A stretch of DNA of 64,000 bases from Ranitomeya imitator (Eukaryota). The position numbers and the translations under genes are program-made. The notes below the pieces were generated by a model that saw only the letters and a program-made list of their open reading frames with translations, did not search any database and was not told the DNA's origin. Where the stretch lies: positions 749,580,001 through 749,644,000 of the forward strand of contig NC_091282.1 of the NCBI RefSeq assembly GCF_032444005.1, in the 5' to 3' direction. Every line of letters begins with the position of its first letter. The first letter of the stretch is position 1. This document shows positions 61,552 to 64,000 of the stretch, one piece after another.

Positions 61552-62538
61552 GGGTTGTAGAATAGATTCTAGAGTCTAGAATAGCATGGTAACCAGAAAA
61601 AAGAAAGAAACAGAGAGCCTGGCATTGTATTCATGAGAGGTGAGTAACATATTTGCCATTAACGGGCTTTATGATGCAACATGGTGAATCAGTGAAAACT
61701 ATGAGCATAGAGCTCATGCACATGGATGTATTGCTAGAAACATATTGCTTCCTCTACTCTACCTCCATCTGTCTCCCATTTCACACATAGCATTTCTTCT
61801 GTGGGTTAATATTTGTACATACAAAGTCCAACCCAGCCGATGTGGCAGTGCATGGCTGCATGGCCCTGTATTGGAGACTCCGAGCCTTTCTTGCTGAAAC
61901 TTCAGTATGTGGAAATTGTGTTCATATGTTGTGTCAGACTGAAAATAAAAGGCCGGACTCCATACCCCATAATCAAACCACATGTATAATTTCATAGATG
62001 AGTGGTCCTGTCACTTACAGCAAGTCCCAGTGGAACGGTTTGGCTCATTTTTAGCATGGCTGGTCCCAGCAGCTGGAATGGATTGTCACTCTTCGATGTC
62101 AGATATCTACTTTAATGTCATTTTTTGTCACAAGACTTTAAATTTCACTTATTCCTCCAAATGACATTGACAAATGTGCCCTGATGACAGAAAATCAAAA
62201 ATAGAAGTTTTTCCTTCTCTGCTCTGTTGAACACAGGCCTAAGAAGATTGCATAATCATGGAAATTAGCCTCTAGGCCATTTTCTGTATTTTAAACAATG
62301 TTTACATTCGAGAATCGGAGAACTGAATTCATTTATATTTGCCGACACATTAAATGGAAAAAAATTAAATTGCTGCTTTGGTGCCTGCACTAGTGGAATG
62401 GCAGCTGTCTGGTTCCTCTGGGTAACACCTACACTTTTTATTTTCTCTCGTGTTTATAAATGTGGCCAAAAGACCAATCAAGTCAACTCCTTCCCAGAAG
62501 GAAAGACAATTTTGCTAGTGCCGCAAGTCTTATTATAT

Positions 62539-62712
62539 GGCCAGGATCACACTTGCAAGTGTGATGCGATAAACTCGCGCAAGTCTCTCGCATCAATACT
62601 CGGCACTGCCGCAGGCACTCGGACCGGAGCGTGCAGCTGCACGTATTTCTATGTAGCTGAACTAGTATTGATGCGAGTTTCTAGCATCACACTCGCAAGT
62701 GTGACACTGGCC
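62539..62712. mobile_element. Short Harbinger-like MITE
   Basis: GGCCAGGATCACACTTGCAAG / CTCGCAAGTGTGACACTGGCC with TAT on both sides. Confidence 0.8.
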
Positions 62713-63049
62713 TATGATGAAGGGTATTAGCCAAGCAAGACAACCATCTACAAACTGGGGGATCAAACTGGCCAACTGTGTATGGAGCTATCTCCAGAAG
62801 GTGGCAATATTCTTTCCTTTTGGGTGAGAGTTAATTTGTGTATTTTTTCCCATCATGTATTGCTAATAAGACTCCAGATTTAGCTTGTCTCCTTAATGAG
62901 AGCCAGTCCAACCCCCAAAACTAGAAAAACAAATATGAGTGTACTATTTAAGAATGATGTAGGGTATTTGGCCTTATGTAAAATCCTTGTCTGTAGAGGG
63001 TGGGCTTTTGGCAAATATATCATCTATAGCCTCTATGTTGCACTATCTT

Positions 63050-63180
63050 CAAGTGCTTCTCACTAAATTAGAATATCATCAAAAAGTTAATTTATTTCAG
63101 TTCTTCAATACAAATAGTGAAACTCATATTATATAGAGTCATTACAAACAGAGTGATCTATTTCAAGTGTTTATTTCTTT
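63050..63180 (+). mobile_element. Tc1-family terminal fragment
   Basis: AAATTAGAATATCATCAAAAAGTTAATTTATTTCAG, a typical Tc1 subterminal sequence. Confidence 0.5.
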
Positions 63181-63224
63181 CATTTTTCAGCAGGACTTGG
63201 CACCTGTCCACACTGCCAAAAGTA

Positions 63225-64000
63225 CCGTATATACTCGAGTATAAGCTGAGATTTTCAGCCCAAATTTTTGGGCTGAAAGTGCCCCTCTCAGCTTATACTC
63301 GAGTCACGGTGGGCGGCAGGGTCGGCGGGTAAGGGGGAGAGGGCGCTGAGGCATACTTACCTAGTCCCGGCACTCCTGACGCTGCCCCTGCCTGTCATAC
63401 TGCTTCGGGTGCCGCAGCTCTTCCTGTCAGCGCTCACGTGGGACCGCTCATTAAAGAAATGAATATGGACTCCACTCCCATAGGGGTGGAGCCACATATT
63501 AATTTCTCTGAGCGGTGCCAGTGACCGCTGACAGGAAGAGCTGCGGCACCCGGAGCAGTGTGACAGGCAGGGGCAACGTCAGGAGCGCCGGGACTAGGTG
63601 AGTATTTTATATTCACCTGTCCGTGTTCCACACGTCGGGCGCCGCTCCGTCTTCCCGGCGCCGCTCCATCTTCCCGACGTCTCTGCGCTCTGACTGTGCA
63701 GGTCAGAGGGCGCGATGACGCATATAGTGTGCGCGGCGCCCTCTGCCTGATCAGTCAGTGCGGAGAGACGCCGGGACGAGACGCTGAGAGCTGCAAGCAA
63801 GAGAGGTGAGTATGGCATTTTTTTTTTATTATTGCAGCAGCAGTAGCAATGACACAGATATATATGGAGCATCTATGGGGCAAAAATTAATGCTGCAGAG
63901 CACTATATGGCACAGATTTATATGGAGCATCTATGGGGCAAAAATGAACGGTGCAGAGCACTATATGGTACAGCTATGGGGCAAGAATGAACGGTGCAGA
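63225..64000 (+). mobile_element. TA-flanked Tc1/pogo-like MITE running off the window, with a ~50-bp minisatellite from ~63850
   Basis: TA|CCGTATATACTCGAGTATAAG start, internal palindrome to 63303, and repeated ATATGGAGCATCTATGGGGCAA units. Confidence 0.65.

Noticed and set aside
59120-61560. Plus-strand ORFs (59120-59572, 60925-61560) as antisense genes
   Set aside because: Shadow frames of GC-rich pol/LTR sequence with no independent coding signal.

Overview
Repeat-dense eukaryotic genomic DNA, most consistent with an anuran (frog) genome judging by its transposon families (inference). I found no host protein-coding exon. The window is a stack of nested transposable elements. (1) An intact, very young Ty3/gypsy retrotransposon at 21243-29146: open gag and pol, tRNA-Ser(CGA)-type PBS, -1 frameshift site. 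(2) A 5'-truncated Neptune-type Penelope-like element at 12607-16088 with an inverted pseudo-LTR and two minimal hammerhead ribozymes, nested in a Harbinger-like MITE, itself inside a TTAA (piggyBac-like) element. (3) An epsilon-like endogenous retrovirus at 30910-38072 (minus strand) with near-identical LTRs, heavily deleted gag-pol and a frameshifted gamma-type env. (4) A chromodomain Ty3/gypsy (sushi/Tf1-like) at 49607-55406 with an apparent self-priming PBS and a 6-bp TSD, plus a related solo LTR and a third truncated chromovirus bracketed by Tc1 ends. (5) A full-length but dead DD34E Tc1, several Tc1 relics, an L2 fragment and many MITEs. The strongest observations are the covarying hammerhead pair, the self-priming signature, the 6-bp TSDs, a PPT duplicate just upstream of gag, and covarying LTR-terminal hairpins. 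Most extend known mechanisms; none is a demonstrated new system.
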